A DNA stretch of 64,000 nucleotides from Paludibacteraceae bacterium (GTDB taxonomy: Bacteria; Bacteroidota; Bacteroidia; Bacteroidales; Paludibacteraceae). The stretch covers positions 3,295 through 67,294 of the forward strand of contig JAKSOA010000010.1 of the NCBI GenBank assembly GCA_024405875.1, in the 5' to 3' direction. Position 1 is the first letter of the stretch, and the number at the start of each line of letters is the position of its first letter. Of this stretch, positions 28,556 through 36,357 are shown piece after piece. A program made the translations under genes and the position numbers. The notes under the pieces were generated by a model, which saw nothing but the letters and a program-made list of their open reading frames with translations, did not search any database and was not told where the DNA came from.

Positions 28556-29489
28556 TATTCTCCCTGTTAATAAATTGTTTAAGACTCTCTTTATATACAA
28601 CCAATAATGCTATCGCATAACAAAGAAATAGAGATAGGATTGTATATTTAAAAACTATTTTAGTAATATGGTTTTTAGGCAAGTCATTAACCTGCATATC
28701 TGATGAGATGTACACTATCTCATTTTGATATTCAAGTGAAATAGTAGCACTTAGTATCATATTGCCCAGTCTGAGCTTTTCGTTTACTAATTCAGAAGGT
28801 TTTACCATTGATGTCATCAAATTGCCGGCGCTGGAGAAACCAAGCAAGACGTCGTCACCTTTTTTATCTACTATGGAATCCAACCTGACGGACTCAGCCT
28901 CGGCTATTTTTATGTTCGCCTTCATCTCCGCCAGTCGCTGATTGTTTATTCTCTGGTAATATGAATTACTACTCAAATACCTTACTATTCCGTCATTAAA
29001 CAACGGGAAAACAGACCTCTCATTCGCCTCAACTTCAATGCTGAATTTGTGCTTAAGAGGTATGGTTTTGTTTTTTGCTGTGGAGTCAGCAAAGTCAATT
29101 ATATAGTCGGTCTTCAGTGAATCCGTGTAGCAGAGGTAGTGCGGTTTAATTTTCTTGATTTTAAGCACTTCTTCAATAGGTATTCCTAAGGCCTCTGATT
29201 TGTGTTGCGGATCTGTCAGATCAAAATTTCTAATGTTATTTATGAATTCACTGCTGTCTGCAATGTTGTTTACAAGAATCATAGTGCCCTGGTATACGGG
29301 GAATAACAGCCAGAACAAAATGGAAATGGCTACGCCAAAAATTACTCCAATGACACCAATCCACCATTTCCTAACGCAGAACTTAAATAAAAAGAGTAAC
29401 GGACTGCAGATGTATTCCTTAAACCAATTCCAGAACACTTTAATAAGGTCAATTAAGTCAAATTCTTTTTCGGTGGTAGAGTTTTCCAT
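28530..29489 (-). CDS. Polysaccharide co-polymerase (Wzz-like chain-length determinant) candidate
   Basis: About 319 aa from MENSTTEK. It has two TM helices (N-terminal [22 protein letters not shown] and C-terminal [16 protein letters not shown]). They flank a periplasmic region with a coiled-coil segment, which is the PCP topology. Confidence 0.5.
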   Translation of the reverse strand: MENSTTEKEFDLIDLIKVFWNWFKEYICSPLLFLFKFCVRKWWIGVIGVIFGVAISILFWLLFPVYQGTMILVNNIADSSEFINNIRNFDLTDPQHKSEALGIPIEEVLKIKKIKPHYLCYTDSLKTDYIIDFADSTAKNKTIPLKHKFSIEVEANERSVFPLFNDGIVRYLSSNSYYQRINNQRLAEMKANIKIAEAESVRLDSIVDKKGDDVLLGFSSAGNLMTSMVKPSELVNEKLRLGNMILSATISLEYQNEIVYISSDMQVNDLPKNHITKIVFKYTILSLFLCYAIALLVVYKESLKQFINRENNGKRVDAA

Positions 29490-29738
29490 AGTTTTTTTAG
29501 TAAGAAAAGTGCAAAGATAATAATTTTTAGTACAAAAACGCCATATCATCAAAAATTAAAACAAAAATATTTTTTTCTGGCTACTCTCTTTACGGGATTT
29601 AGGTTTTTCTCTTTTCTAACGCTCTACATAATCTCCAAATCATTGCATGTAGAGTCGGGAAAGGTTGTAATGTGAATTTCGGCGGTCATTTTTGATAATT
29701 AATGAGATTTTTTTTTTTTGACTGTCAAATTATTTGCA

Positions 29739-29746
29739 TAACTTTG
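29739..29746 (+). promoter_or_regulatory. TAacTTTG -7 box with an upstream TTTG (29717-29720, the end of a T12 run) for the lipoprotein genes
   Basis: The motif plus the -33-like TTTG lie at a spacing of about 18 nt. Confidence 0.55.
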
Positions 29747-29793
29747 CACCAAATTTGTGAAGGGGATATTAACATTAAATAATATTTAAATTT

Positions 29794-30234
29794 ATGAAGA
29801 AAGTATTTATTTTGGCTCTTGCAGCCATTTCAAGTGCCGCTCTTGTATCTTGCTCAAACAACAACGCTGAGGGAGAGGCAGAGGCACAGGACACTTTGGC
29901 AGTTGAGGTAATTGACTCAGTTGCAGTGGAAGTTGACACTCTTGCCGCTACAGACTCAACAATTATTGAGGAGATTGTAGAAGAGGTTAAAGAGGAGACA
30001 AAAACAGTTGTAAAAAAGCAAGCCGCTCCTGCTAAGAAAGCTGTTGAGGCAAAGGCAGAGGAGGTAAAGCAAGAGGTTGTTGAAACCGCTCAGGAGGTTA
30101 AGGAAGAGGTTGTTGAAGCCGCACAGGAAGCACAACAAGAGGCTCAACCACAGACTCTGAAAGAAAAGAAAGATGCCGCAAAACAAGAGCAAGTTGATGC
30201 TAAGGCGGCAAGTAAGAAAAGTCGTTTGAAATAA
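29794..30234 (+). CDS. Acidic low-complexity lipoprotein
   Basis: 146 aa with a lipobox (AALVSC). The mature part is a Glu/Lys/Ala/Val-rich repeat (EEVKQEVVETAQEVKEEVVEAAQEAQQEAQ). Confidence 0.65.
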   Translation: MKKVFILALAAISSAALVSCSNNNAEGEAEAQDTLAVEVIDSVAVEVDTLAATDSTIIEEIVEEVKEETKTVVKKQAAPAKKAVEAKAEEVKQEVVETAQEVKEEVVEAAQEAQQEAQPQTLKEKKDAAKQEQVDAKAASKKSRLK

Positions 30235-30267
30235 AGTATTAGCGTTTAATTTTAAAAAATTTAAATT

Positions 30268-30684
30268 ATGAAAAATGTTATTTTTAAAGCTCTGACAATC
30301 GTAGCATTGATTGCAGCATTTACATCTTGCAAAAAAGAAGAACCAACAGAGGGTGAAAAAACAGTGGTAGAAACGTATGGCGGTAAAGATAGCGATGGAG
30401 ACTATTTAACATTAGTACTTACTACTGTGACGGAAACAAAAAAAGAAGTAACCGAAACTAAATCAGCCACATACGAATTGTATTATGGAGAAAGCAAAAA
30501 AAGCGAAGACTATTATGAATTCTCTAACGGCACATTCAAAGTTGAAAATGGTGGTGCAATCTATACTTTTAGTGATTACGATGGTGTAACAACATTCCAG
30601 ATGGTTGCTGACGGGAAGAAGTTAAAATATGATAATGGTTTAGAGGGAGAAGCCCATCTTTCTTTTGAGCTGACAAAAAAATAA
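30268..30684 (+). CDS. Hypothetical lipoprotein
   Basis: 138 aa with a lipobox (AAFTSC). It is followed by a strong intrinsic terminator. Confidence 0.6.
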   Translation: MKNVIFKALTIVALIAAFTSCKKEEPTEGEKTVVETYGGKDSDGDYLTLVLTTVTETKKEVTETKSATYELYYGESKKSEDYYEFSNGTFKVENGGAIYTFSDYDGVTTFQMVADGKKLKYDNGLEGEAHLSFELTKK

Positions 30685-30707
30685 CTTCTTATCAGAAATA
30701 TGAAGAG

Positions 30708-30740
30708 AAACGGGAGCCACTGCGGTTCCCGTTTTTTTTT
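30708..30740 (+). terminator. Intrinsic terminator after the two lipoprotein genes
   Basis: AAACGGGA-loop-TCCCGTTT followed by a T9 run. Confidence 0.85.
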
Positions 30741-30798
30741 GTAGTTTTCACTAATCCAAAATTTCTCCTTTCTCCTTTTTCCTTTCTCATTTTATTTT

Positions 30799-30806
30799 TA
30801 TTTTTG
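30799..30806 (+). promoter_or_regulatory. TAttTTTG -7 box upstream of pepD
   Basis: Motif match followed by CA, 20 nt before the ATG. Confidence 0.45.
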
Positions 30807-30825
30807 CAAAAAAAATAAAAATAGT

Positions 30826-32271
30826 ATGACTATGCTTGATTTGGAGCCAAAGGAGGTTTGGCGATACTTTTCTGAGATTTGCAGTGTGCCGCGCGGTTCA
30901 GGTTTTACAGACGGGATACGTGACTACTTGGTGCAATTCGCCTCAGACAACAACCTATACTGCAATATTGATGAGGTTGGCAATGTAATTATACGCAAGC
31001 CAGCCACAGACGGTTGCTCACTTAGCAGTCTGCTTTTTCAGGGACATATGGATATGGTATGTGAGAAGAACTCAAATGTTGAGCATAATTTTCATACAGA
31101 CCCGCTTGAAGTTATTGTTGATGAGAAAAATGACACTGTAAGAGCCAACGGCACAACCCTTGGCGGCGATGACGGCATTGGCGTGGCTATTGCAATGGCA
31201 CTGCTCACTGATAAATCAATATACCGCCCCGTTGAGGCTCTATTCACAGTTGATGAGGAGGTGGGGCTGACAGGAGCGCTGATGATTAAGCCCGGACTTC
31301 TTGAATCAAAGACTCTCATAAACCTTGACTCAGAGGATGATAATGAGATTATAATTGGTTGCTCAGGCGGTGTTGACACATCAATATGGATTGATATTGA
31401 GCGTGAGAGACCTGACTTCAGGGCGTTTGCGGCAAAAGTCAAGATAAGCGGGCTCAAGGGCGGTCACAGCGGAGAGGATATTGATAAAAGAAGGGCAAAC
31501 TCAAACAAACTGCTTGCTGAGTTTTTAAGAAGAATTCAGAAGGTTATGGAGTTGAGAATAGTCTCAATAGACGGAGGCGGCTTACGCAATGCGATACCAC
31601 GTGAGGCAGAGGCGGTTATAATGGTGCCGTGGGCAGATAAGGAGACTCTGCGTGTTATTTGGAATATGTATGAGGCTGAGTGCGAGGACGAATGGAAGGC
31701 TGGTGAGCCGGGAATGAAGTTTGAACTTGATTCCGTTTCAGTGCCTGAAGAGTGCTACACAAAGGAACTTACACAAAAAATAATAACAGTCCTCACTGAT
31801 ACACCGCACGGAGTTATTGAGTTCAACCACACCTTGAATATGGTGGAGGTCTCAACAAACCTTGCCTTCATACGTGAGAAAGATGGAAAATTGCTTGTGG
31901 GCACCAGCCAACGCAGTCCTAATGCAATTAAGCGTGACACTATAGCAACACGTGTTGGTGCTGCGGGAAGAGGCATCGGGGCAAAGATTGAGCATATTGG
32001 AGCCTACTGCGGTTGGGAGCCTAAGAAAAACTCACCTCTACAGAAAAGCGCTGTTGAGGTTTATGAGAGACTCTTTGGAAACAAGCCCACGGTCAAGACC
32101 ATTCACGCAGGGCTGGAGTGCGGGCTCTTCCTTGACAAATATCCTGACCTTGATATGATTTCAATAGGTCCTAAAATTCTGGACATTCACTCCCCGAATG
32201 AGACGCTCTACATAAGCACTGTTGAAAAATGTTGGAAGTTTGTAAGGGAACTTTGCAATGTTTTGCCATAA
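30826..32271 (+). CDS. pepD: Aminoacyl-histidine dipeptidase (M20 family, PepD)
   Basis: 481 aa with the PepD-like N-terminus LEPKEVWRYFSEICSVPRGSG, the metal-site motif GHMDMV, and TVDEEVGLTGA. Confidence 0.9.
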   Translation: MTMLDLEPKEVWRYFSEICSVPRGSGFTDGIRDYLVQFASDNNLYCNIDEVGNVIIRKPATDGCSLSSLLFQGHMDMVCEKNSNVEHNFHTDPLEVIVDEKNDTVRANGTTLGGDDGIGVAIAMALLTDKSIYRPVEALFTVDEEVGLTGALMIKPGLLESKTLINLDSEDDNEIIIGCSGGVDTSIWIDIERERPDFRAFAAKVKISGLKGGHSGEDIDKRRANSNKLLAEFLRRIQKVMELRIVSIDGGGLRNAIPREAEAVIMVPWADKETLRVIWNMYEAECEDEWKAGEPGMKFELDSVSVPEECYTKELTQKIITVLTDTPHGVIEFNHTLNMVEVSTNLAFIREKDGKLLVGTSQRSPNAIKRDTIATRVGAAGRGIGAKIEHIGAYCGWEPKKNSPLQKSAVEVYERLFGNKPTVKTIHAGLECGLFLDKYPDLDMISIGPKILDIHSPNETLYISTVEKCWKFVRELCNVLP

Positions 32272-32277
32272 AAGTTG

Positions 32278-32285
32278 TACATTTG
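32278..32285 (+). promoter_or_regulatory. TAcaTTTG -7 box upstream of dnaX
   Basis: Motif match followed by CA, just after the pepD stop (32269-32271). The ATG at 32291 follows closely, implying a very short leader. Confidence 0.4.
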
Positions 32286-32290
32286 CAGAG

Positions 32291-33397
32291 ATGGAAAGTT
32301 TTGTAGTATCAGCACTCAAGTACCGCCCCGCAACCTTTGATACGGTTGTTGGTCAGAAGGCATTGGTGACCACCCTGCGTAACTCAGTTAAGTCAGGGCA
32401 GATTTCACACGCATACCTCTTCTGCGGTCCTCGTGGTGTTGGAAAGACCACAACCGCACGCATACTTGCAAAGACAATAAACTGTCTCAATCCTAAAGAG
32501 AACGGTGACGCCTGCGGTGAGTGCGAGTCCTGCAAGGCTTTTGAAGAGAGACGCTCACTTAACATTCACGAACTTGACGCCGCCTCAAACAACAGCGTTG
32601 AGGACATCCGTGTTCTTATTGACAAGGTACGCATACCGCCTCAAATAGGAAAATATAGCGTATATATAATTGATGAGGTGCATATGCTCTCAACAAGCGC
32701 CTTCAACGCCTTTCTAAAGACACTTGAGGAGCCACCTGCGTATGCCGTCTTCATTCTTGCCACGACAGAGAAAAACAAGGTTCTGCCTACCATAATATCC
32801 CGCTGCCAGGTCTTTGATTTCAACCGTATGAATATTCAGGAGACGGTGGCTCACCTTAAGGATATTGCAAGGAAAGAGGGCATAGAGGTTGAAGATGAGG
32901 CTCTCAATGTCATAGCAATGAAGGCTGACGGCGGAATGCGTGACGCCCTCTCAATATTTGACCGTGCCGCAAGCTTTGGAGGAGGCAAGATAACCTATAA
33001 GAATGTTATTGAAGACCTTAACATACTTGACTTCAACTACTATTTCAAAGCCGTTGATTTTGCTCTCAGCAAAGATATAAGCGGTTCTCTGCTTATGTTT
33101 GATGAGATTCTTGCAAAGGGCTTTGACACCGGGAACTTTGTGCTTGGGCTTATGGAGCATATACGCAATGTGCTGGTTTGCAAAGATGAGGTTACCGCTC
33201 CCCTGCTTGAAGCGGCTGACAGCGTTAGACAGAGTTACATTGAGCAATCAAAGAAATGCTCGCAGGAGTTCCTGCTTGAGGCGTTGGAGGTGGTTAATGA
33301 TTGCGCCATAAACTACAAACAGAGCAAAAGTCAAAGGCTTACAGTTGAGTTAATGTTAATCCGTTTGTGCCAACTTCCGGATCAAAAAAAAAATTAG
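32291..33397 (+). CDS. dnaX: DNA polymerase III subunit gamma/tau, domains I-III (zero-frame product ends just after an A10 run)
   Basis: It has the Walker A motif GPRGVGKTT, the zinc module CGECESC, the DEVHML box, and the sensor motif SRCQ. I prefer the ATG at 32291 because a TAcaTTTG box sits at 32278-32285. The ORF stops (TAG, 33395-33397) one codon after the A10 run. Confidence 0.9.
   Translation: MESFVVSALKYRPATFDTVVGQKALVTTLRNSVKSGQISHAYLFCGPRGVGKTTTARILAKTINCLNPKENGDACGECESCKAFEERRSLNIHELDAASNNSVEDIRVLIDKVRIPPQIGKYSVYIIDEVHMLSTSAFNAFLKTLEEPPAYAVFILATTEKNKVLPTIISRCQVFDFNRMNIQETVAHLKDIARKEGIEVEDEALNVIAMKADGGMRDALSIFDRAASFGGGKITYKNVIEDLNILDFNYYFKAVDFALSKDISGSLLMFDEILAKGFDTGNFVLGLMEHIRNVLVCKDEVTAPLLEAADSVRQSYIEQSKKCSQEFLLEALEVVNDCAINYKQSKSQRLTVELMLIRLCQLPDQKKN
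33384..33393 (+). promoter_or_regulatory. dnaX: A10 homopolymer at the dnaX gamma/tau junction (candidate slippage site or homopolymer sequencing error)
   Basis: The zero frame reads C AAA AAA AAA A TTAG and stops. A length of A9 would join the downstream 197-codon frame. Confidence 0.6.
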
Positions 33398-33407
33398 GCT
33401 GAAGTAT

Positions 33408-33450
33408 CAGAAGAGGTCATTGCTCCCATTCTTCCCGGAGACCTCTGCTG
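33408..33450 (+). promoter_or_regulatory. Stem-loop 14 nt downstream of the dnaX A10 run
   Basis: CAGAAGAGGTC (33408-33418) pairs with GACCTCTGCTG (33440-33450) at 10 of 11 positions. Confidence 0.45.
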
Positions 33451-33986
33451 TTCCACAATACTCTGTTCCGCTTAAAAACGCCACACCGGAGCCTGTCATT
33501 CCAAAAGAGACGGTACGCAAATTCAGTCGCGGGCAAAAGATAGACCTCTCAACCAAAGCGGCTCTCTCCACGAAGAAGCCGGTTATGAGTGTCGGAGAAC
33601 CTTCAAATGAGAATAAAAAGCGTGACACACCTGTTACAGAAGATGGCATTTTCTCTCTATGGATGCGTTTCCCCTCACAAATAAGGGATATGTACGGATT
33701 ACATTTCCTATTCTCCAAGGCACCGCTATGGAACTCAGAGAAGATGACAATAACGGTTGAGACATCGGGGCAGTTAATTGCGACAGAACTTAATACAGTA
33801 CTCAGCAAACTTATAAACTATATGCGTGACGGGCTCAGGAATGACTCTGTCAATGTGGAGATAAGTGTCAATGAGTCCAATCAGGATAATATGGATATAA
33901 GCCCTAAAGGGAAAGCCACCGCTATGGCTAAGAAAAATGAGAAACTTCGCGACCTTTGCCGTCGCCTTAACCTTGATTTCACATAA
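33420..33986 (+). CDS. dnaX: DnaX tau-specific C-terminal segment in the +1 frame (this frame is open from 33360 across the A10 run)
   Basis: There is no plausible independent ATG. The segment has a Pro/Ser/Lys-rich linker and then a conserved-looking domain ending KNEKLRDLCRRLNLDFT. From memory, this resembles Bacteroidota DnaX C-termini. Removing one A from the A10 run fuses it in frame to 32291-33391. Confidence 0.6.
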   Translation: MLPFFPETSAVPQYSVPLKNATPEPVIPKETVRKFSRGQKIDLSTKAALSTKKPVMSVGEPSNENKKRDTPVTEDGIFSLWMRFPSQIRDMYGLHFLFSKAPLWNSEKMTITVETSGQLIATELNTVLSKLINYMRDGLRNDSVNVEISVNESNQDNMDISPKGKATAMAKKNEKLRDLCRRLNLDFT

Positions 33987-34285
33987 TGGATAAAGAGAAG
34001 TTCAAAAGCGTTTTTTTTAAGATTGTAAACAAATATACAATCACAATTGTTGTGTTTCTTTGCATTCTGTTTATGGGAGAGAAACATAACGCTATGCAGC
34101 GTATTGAGTATGCCCGTCAGATAAAGGCGTTGGAGCAGGAGATTGAGTACTACAAGGAACTTACACGCAAGAACCAGGAGAAACTTGAGCAGTTGCAGTC
34201 AGATAACGCCAATCTTGAGAAGTTCGCACGTGAGGAGTGGCTGATGAAAGAGCCGGACGAGGACATATTTAAAATTAGTAATTAG
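33986..34285 (+). CDS. Septum formation initiator (FtsB/DivIC-like) family protein
   Basis: 99 aa with an N-terminal TM helix and a coiled coil (IKALEQEIEYYKELTRKNQEKLEQL). This is the typical FtsB/DivIC architecture. Confidence 0.7.
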   Translation: MDKEKFKSVFFKIVNKYTITIVVFLCILFMGEKHNAMQRIEYARQIKALEQEIEYYKELTRKNQEKLEQLQSDNANLEKFAREEWLMKEPDEDIFKISN

Positions 34286-34292
34286 TAATTGT
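34272..34292 (+). repeat. Tandem heptanucleotide array AAATTAG TAATTAG TAATTGT
   Basis: Read directly. The stop TAG (34283-34285) of the FtsB-like gene lies in unit 2. The NUDIX ATG is at 34295. Confidence 0.85.
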
Positions 34293-34294
34293 AT

Positions 34295-34786
34295 ATGAAT
34301 TTGTACTGTAATAAATGCGGAACTAAGTTGGAGATGGCGGAGTGCAAAGGAGAGCCTCAGCCTATACCCTACTGCCCTTGGTGCGGTGAGTACAAGTTTG
34401 AGCAGTTCAACGCCGCCGTAATAGTGGCAATACTCTCAGAAGACCGCAAACGTATTTTTATGATGAAGCAGTACAGCCGTGAATTTTACAATTTTCTTGC
34501 CGGTTACATAAACAAAGGGGAGTCAGCAGAGGAAGCCTTACGCCGTGAGATGATGGAGGAAATGGGTATGACCCCTACATCAGAGAAGATTCTGTTCACC
34601 CAATACTTTGCAAAAACAAACACCCTGATGATTGCCTTTGAGGCTACAGTGGCTGATGAGGATATATCACACGCCAACCCCGATGAGGTTGATGAGGCTC
34701 GCTGGTTTGACTCATTTGAAGAGGCTTATGCCGCAGTAATAAAGGGAGCGGTGGCGGAGAGGCTGCTGAAGGTGATAATGGGCTAA
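34295..34786 (+). CDS. NUDIX hydrolase with N-terminal zinc ribbon
   Basis: It has a Cys4 ribbon (CNKCG...CPWCG) and a Nudix box (GYINKGESAEEALRREMMEEMG). I prefer the ATG at 34295 over the track's TTG at 34289. Confidence 0.85.
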   Translation: MNLYCNKCGTKLEMAECKGEPQPIPYCPWCGEYKFEQFNAAVIVAILSEDRKRIFMMKQYSREFYNFLAGYINKGESAEEALRREMMEEMGMTPTSEKILFTQYFAKTNTLMIAFEATVADEDISHANPDEVDEARWFDSFEEAYAAVIKGAVAERLLKVIMG

Positions 34787-35742
34787 CGCTTGAACGCACG
34801 CCATACCTTCAAAATAGGGTTGGATATTCTTGAAATTTGTGAAAACGGAGTAAGAACGGCTCCGAATGACTGATTTTTTAAAGCCACACCCTTTATCATA
34901 CTTCCCTCAAAATCATAACATTCTGTTTTTGCTGAGAGATATTTCACAACCTCACAGATTATAAGTGTGGAGGCACCTGAACTTCTGTATGCCTCATCAA
35001 TGTAAATTACAAGATTGTATGCGGAGTGACTGTCCCAGACAACAAACAGAGAGACGGCGTGCGAGCCATCGCTCTTATCATACATTGAGAAAATCTGACC
35101 CTGACCTCTCTCACTTGCAGCCTTATGTATGCTAAGAAAAGTCTCTTTTGAATAACTTATCTTCTGACCTTTTGACCTCAATTGCGCTGAGTAGGAATCA
35201 TAGAAAGCAGACGGAGTCATATCCATTCTAAGTTCAAAGCCCTCTTTAGCCTTTGCAAGTGGCTTTTGGCGTTTGCGATGCGACATTCCATTAAGGAGCA
35301 CCTCAATATCAGAGATATCTTCAAACCTGTATGTATACCTTGTAGTCTGTGAGTATCCGTTCCAATAGAACGGCTGCCAATAGTTCTGAGAATAATGGAA
35401 ATTCAGTTCAAAAAAAACAGGTTTGAGAGACTCTATCTGCCATATTAAATCATTATATGTCTCATTCTCAAAACTGTATCTTGATTCAACGGTTAAGTTA
35501 TCGGGGTAGAATAGAAAAGTGCCGCTATACTGGGTAAGCGTTGCAGGAACAATGAGCAACTGACCAAACTTTTTGACATAATGATAGACGAACACTCCAC
35601 GCAAGAGACCGTTATTGTCGTATGACAAAAGGACATTCCAATCTGAACCGCAGGCTGCCTCCATCCACCAATATTGAAGGAAGAGCGGAATAGCGCTGTT
35701 CTGTCTGCATATCTCCCTGTATTTCTCTTTATTGTCAATCAT
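34783..35742 (-). CDS. FemAB-like / GNAT (Acetyltransf_6-type) family protein
   Basis: 319 aa. The size and sequence character match the FemAB-like aminoacyl/acetyl transferases found in glycan loci. This is a motif-level recognition only. Confidence 0.5.
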   Translation of the reverse strand: MIDNKEKYREICRQNSAIPLFLQYWWMEAACGSDWNVLLSYDNNGLLRGVFVYHYVKKFGQLLIVPATLTQYSGTFLFYPDNLTVESRYSFENETYNDLIWQIESLKPVFFELNFHYSQNYWQPFYWNGYSQTTRYTYRFEDISDIEVLLNGMSHRKRQKPLAKAKEGFELRMDMTPSAFYDSYSAQLRSKGQKISYSKETFLSIHKAASERGQGQIFSMYDKSDGSHAVSLFVVWDSHSAYNLVIYIDEAYRSSGASTLIICEVVKYLSAKTECYDFEGSMIKGVALKNQSFGAVLTPFSQISRISNPILKVWRAFKR

Positions 35743-36329
35743 ATATGACGCTGTGCCTTGCCATTATATGGCTCTAATTTTTTGATTATAACAGCAGGGT
35801 TGCCGCCAATCAAACAATTGCCTTCAGTGAATGAGTGTGTGACTACGCTTCCTGCCGCCACTATGGTATGCTCTCCTAATTCAACTCCTGACAATATTGT
35901 GGCGCCTGTGGCTACCCAGCAGTGCCTATGCAAGATTATCTTACCTTTGGTAACGTATTGTGAATAGTCTGTCTCATTGTGATTTGTTGATATTAATGAG
36001 ACTTTGGGACCGATAAGAACGCCCTCCTCTATGGTAATTCCGCCTCTGCCGTCTATGTAACACCCCATTGCATAACCCGGGGCTCTCATTCCTCCGTCAT
36101 TATCAACTTTTTGAGCATCAATGACTTTTGATGTGAAGTGCACCGGCCAAGGTACGGAACCGTTGATACGCAGTATCTTCTGCCAGAAGATAAATTTAAG
36201 GAGTGTTGAATTTATGTAGGAATCATTGCAAAAATGCGGGAAAAACACCTTGCCAAACACTCTCCAGATATGTTTTGTAAACTTTGACATATATACGCTA
36301 TCTGCAAAATTAGTCATTTTTTTCAACAT
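35739..36329 (-). CDS. Hexapeptide-repeat (LbH) acetyltransferase, WcaF-like
   Basis: 196 aa. The C-terminal half carries left-handed beta-helix hexapeptide repeats (IGPKVSLIS..., CWVATGATILSGVELGEHTIVAAGSVV). Confidence 0.8.
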   Translation of the reverse strand: MLKKMTNFADSVYMSKFTKHIWRVFGKVFFPHFCNDSYINSTLLKFIFWQKILRINGSVPWPVHFTSKVIDAQKVDNDGGMRAPGYAMGCYIDGRGGITIEEGVLIGPKVSLISTNHNETDYSQYVTKGKIILHRHCWVATGATILSGVELGEHTIVAAGSVVTHSFTEGNCLIGGNPAVIIKKLEPYNGKAQRHI

Positions 36330-36357
36330 CTTTGATATTTTTTCTTAATTTTGTACT

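Noticed and set aside
29708-29719. T12 homopolymer between the divergent Wzz-like and lipoprotein promoters, considered as a phase-variation tract
   Set aside because: Its 3' end supplies the -33-like TTTG of the plus-strand promoter. Length changes would extend the tract upstream without altering the -33/-7 spacing, so there is no clear switching mechanism. It is probably an UP-like AT tract.
29794-30234. Internal repeats in the acidic lipoprotein gene, considered as a hypervariable or contingency locus
   Set aside because: The repeats are imperfect and in frame (EEVKxEVVExAQE). This looks like an ordinary low-complexity disordered linker, with no evidence of variability from a single sequence.
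33407-33808. 133-aa minus-strand ORF antisense to the dnaX downstream segment
   Set aside because: It has no recognisable features. It lies entirely opposite a frame that reads as the DnaX tau C-terminus, so it is a shadow ORF.
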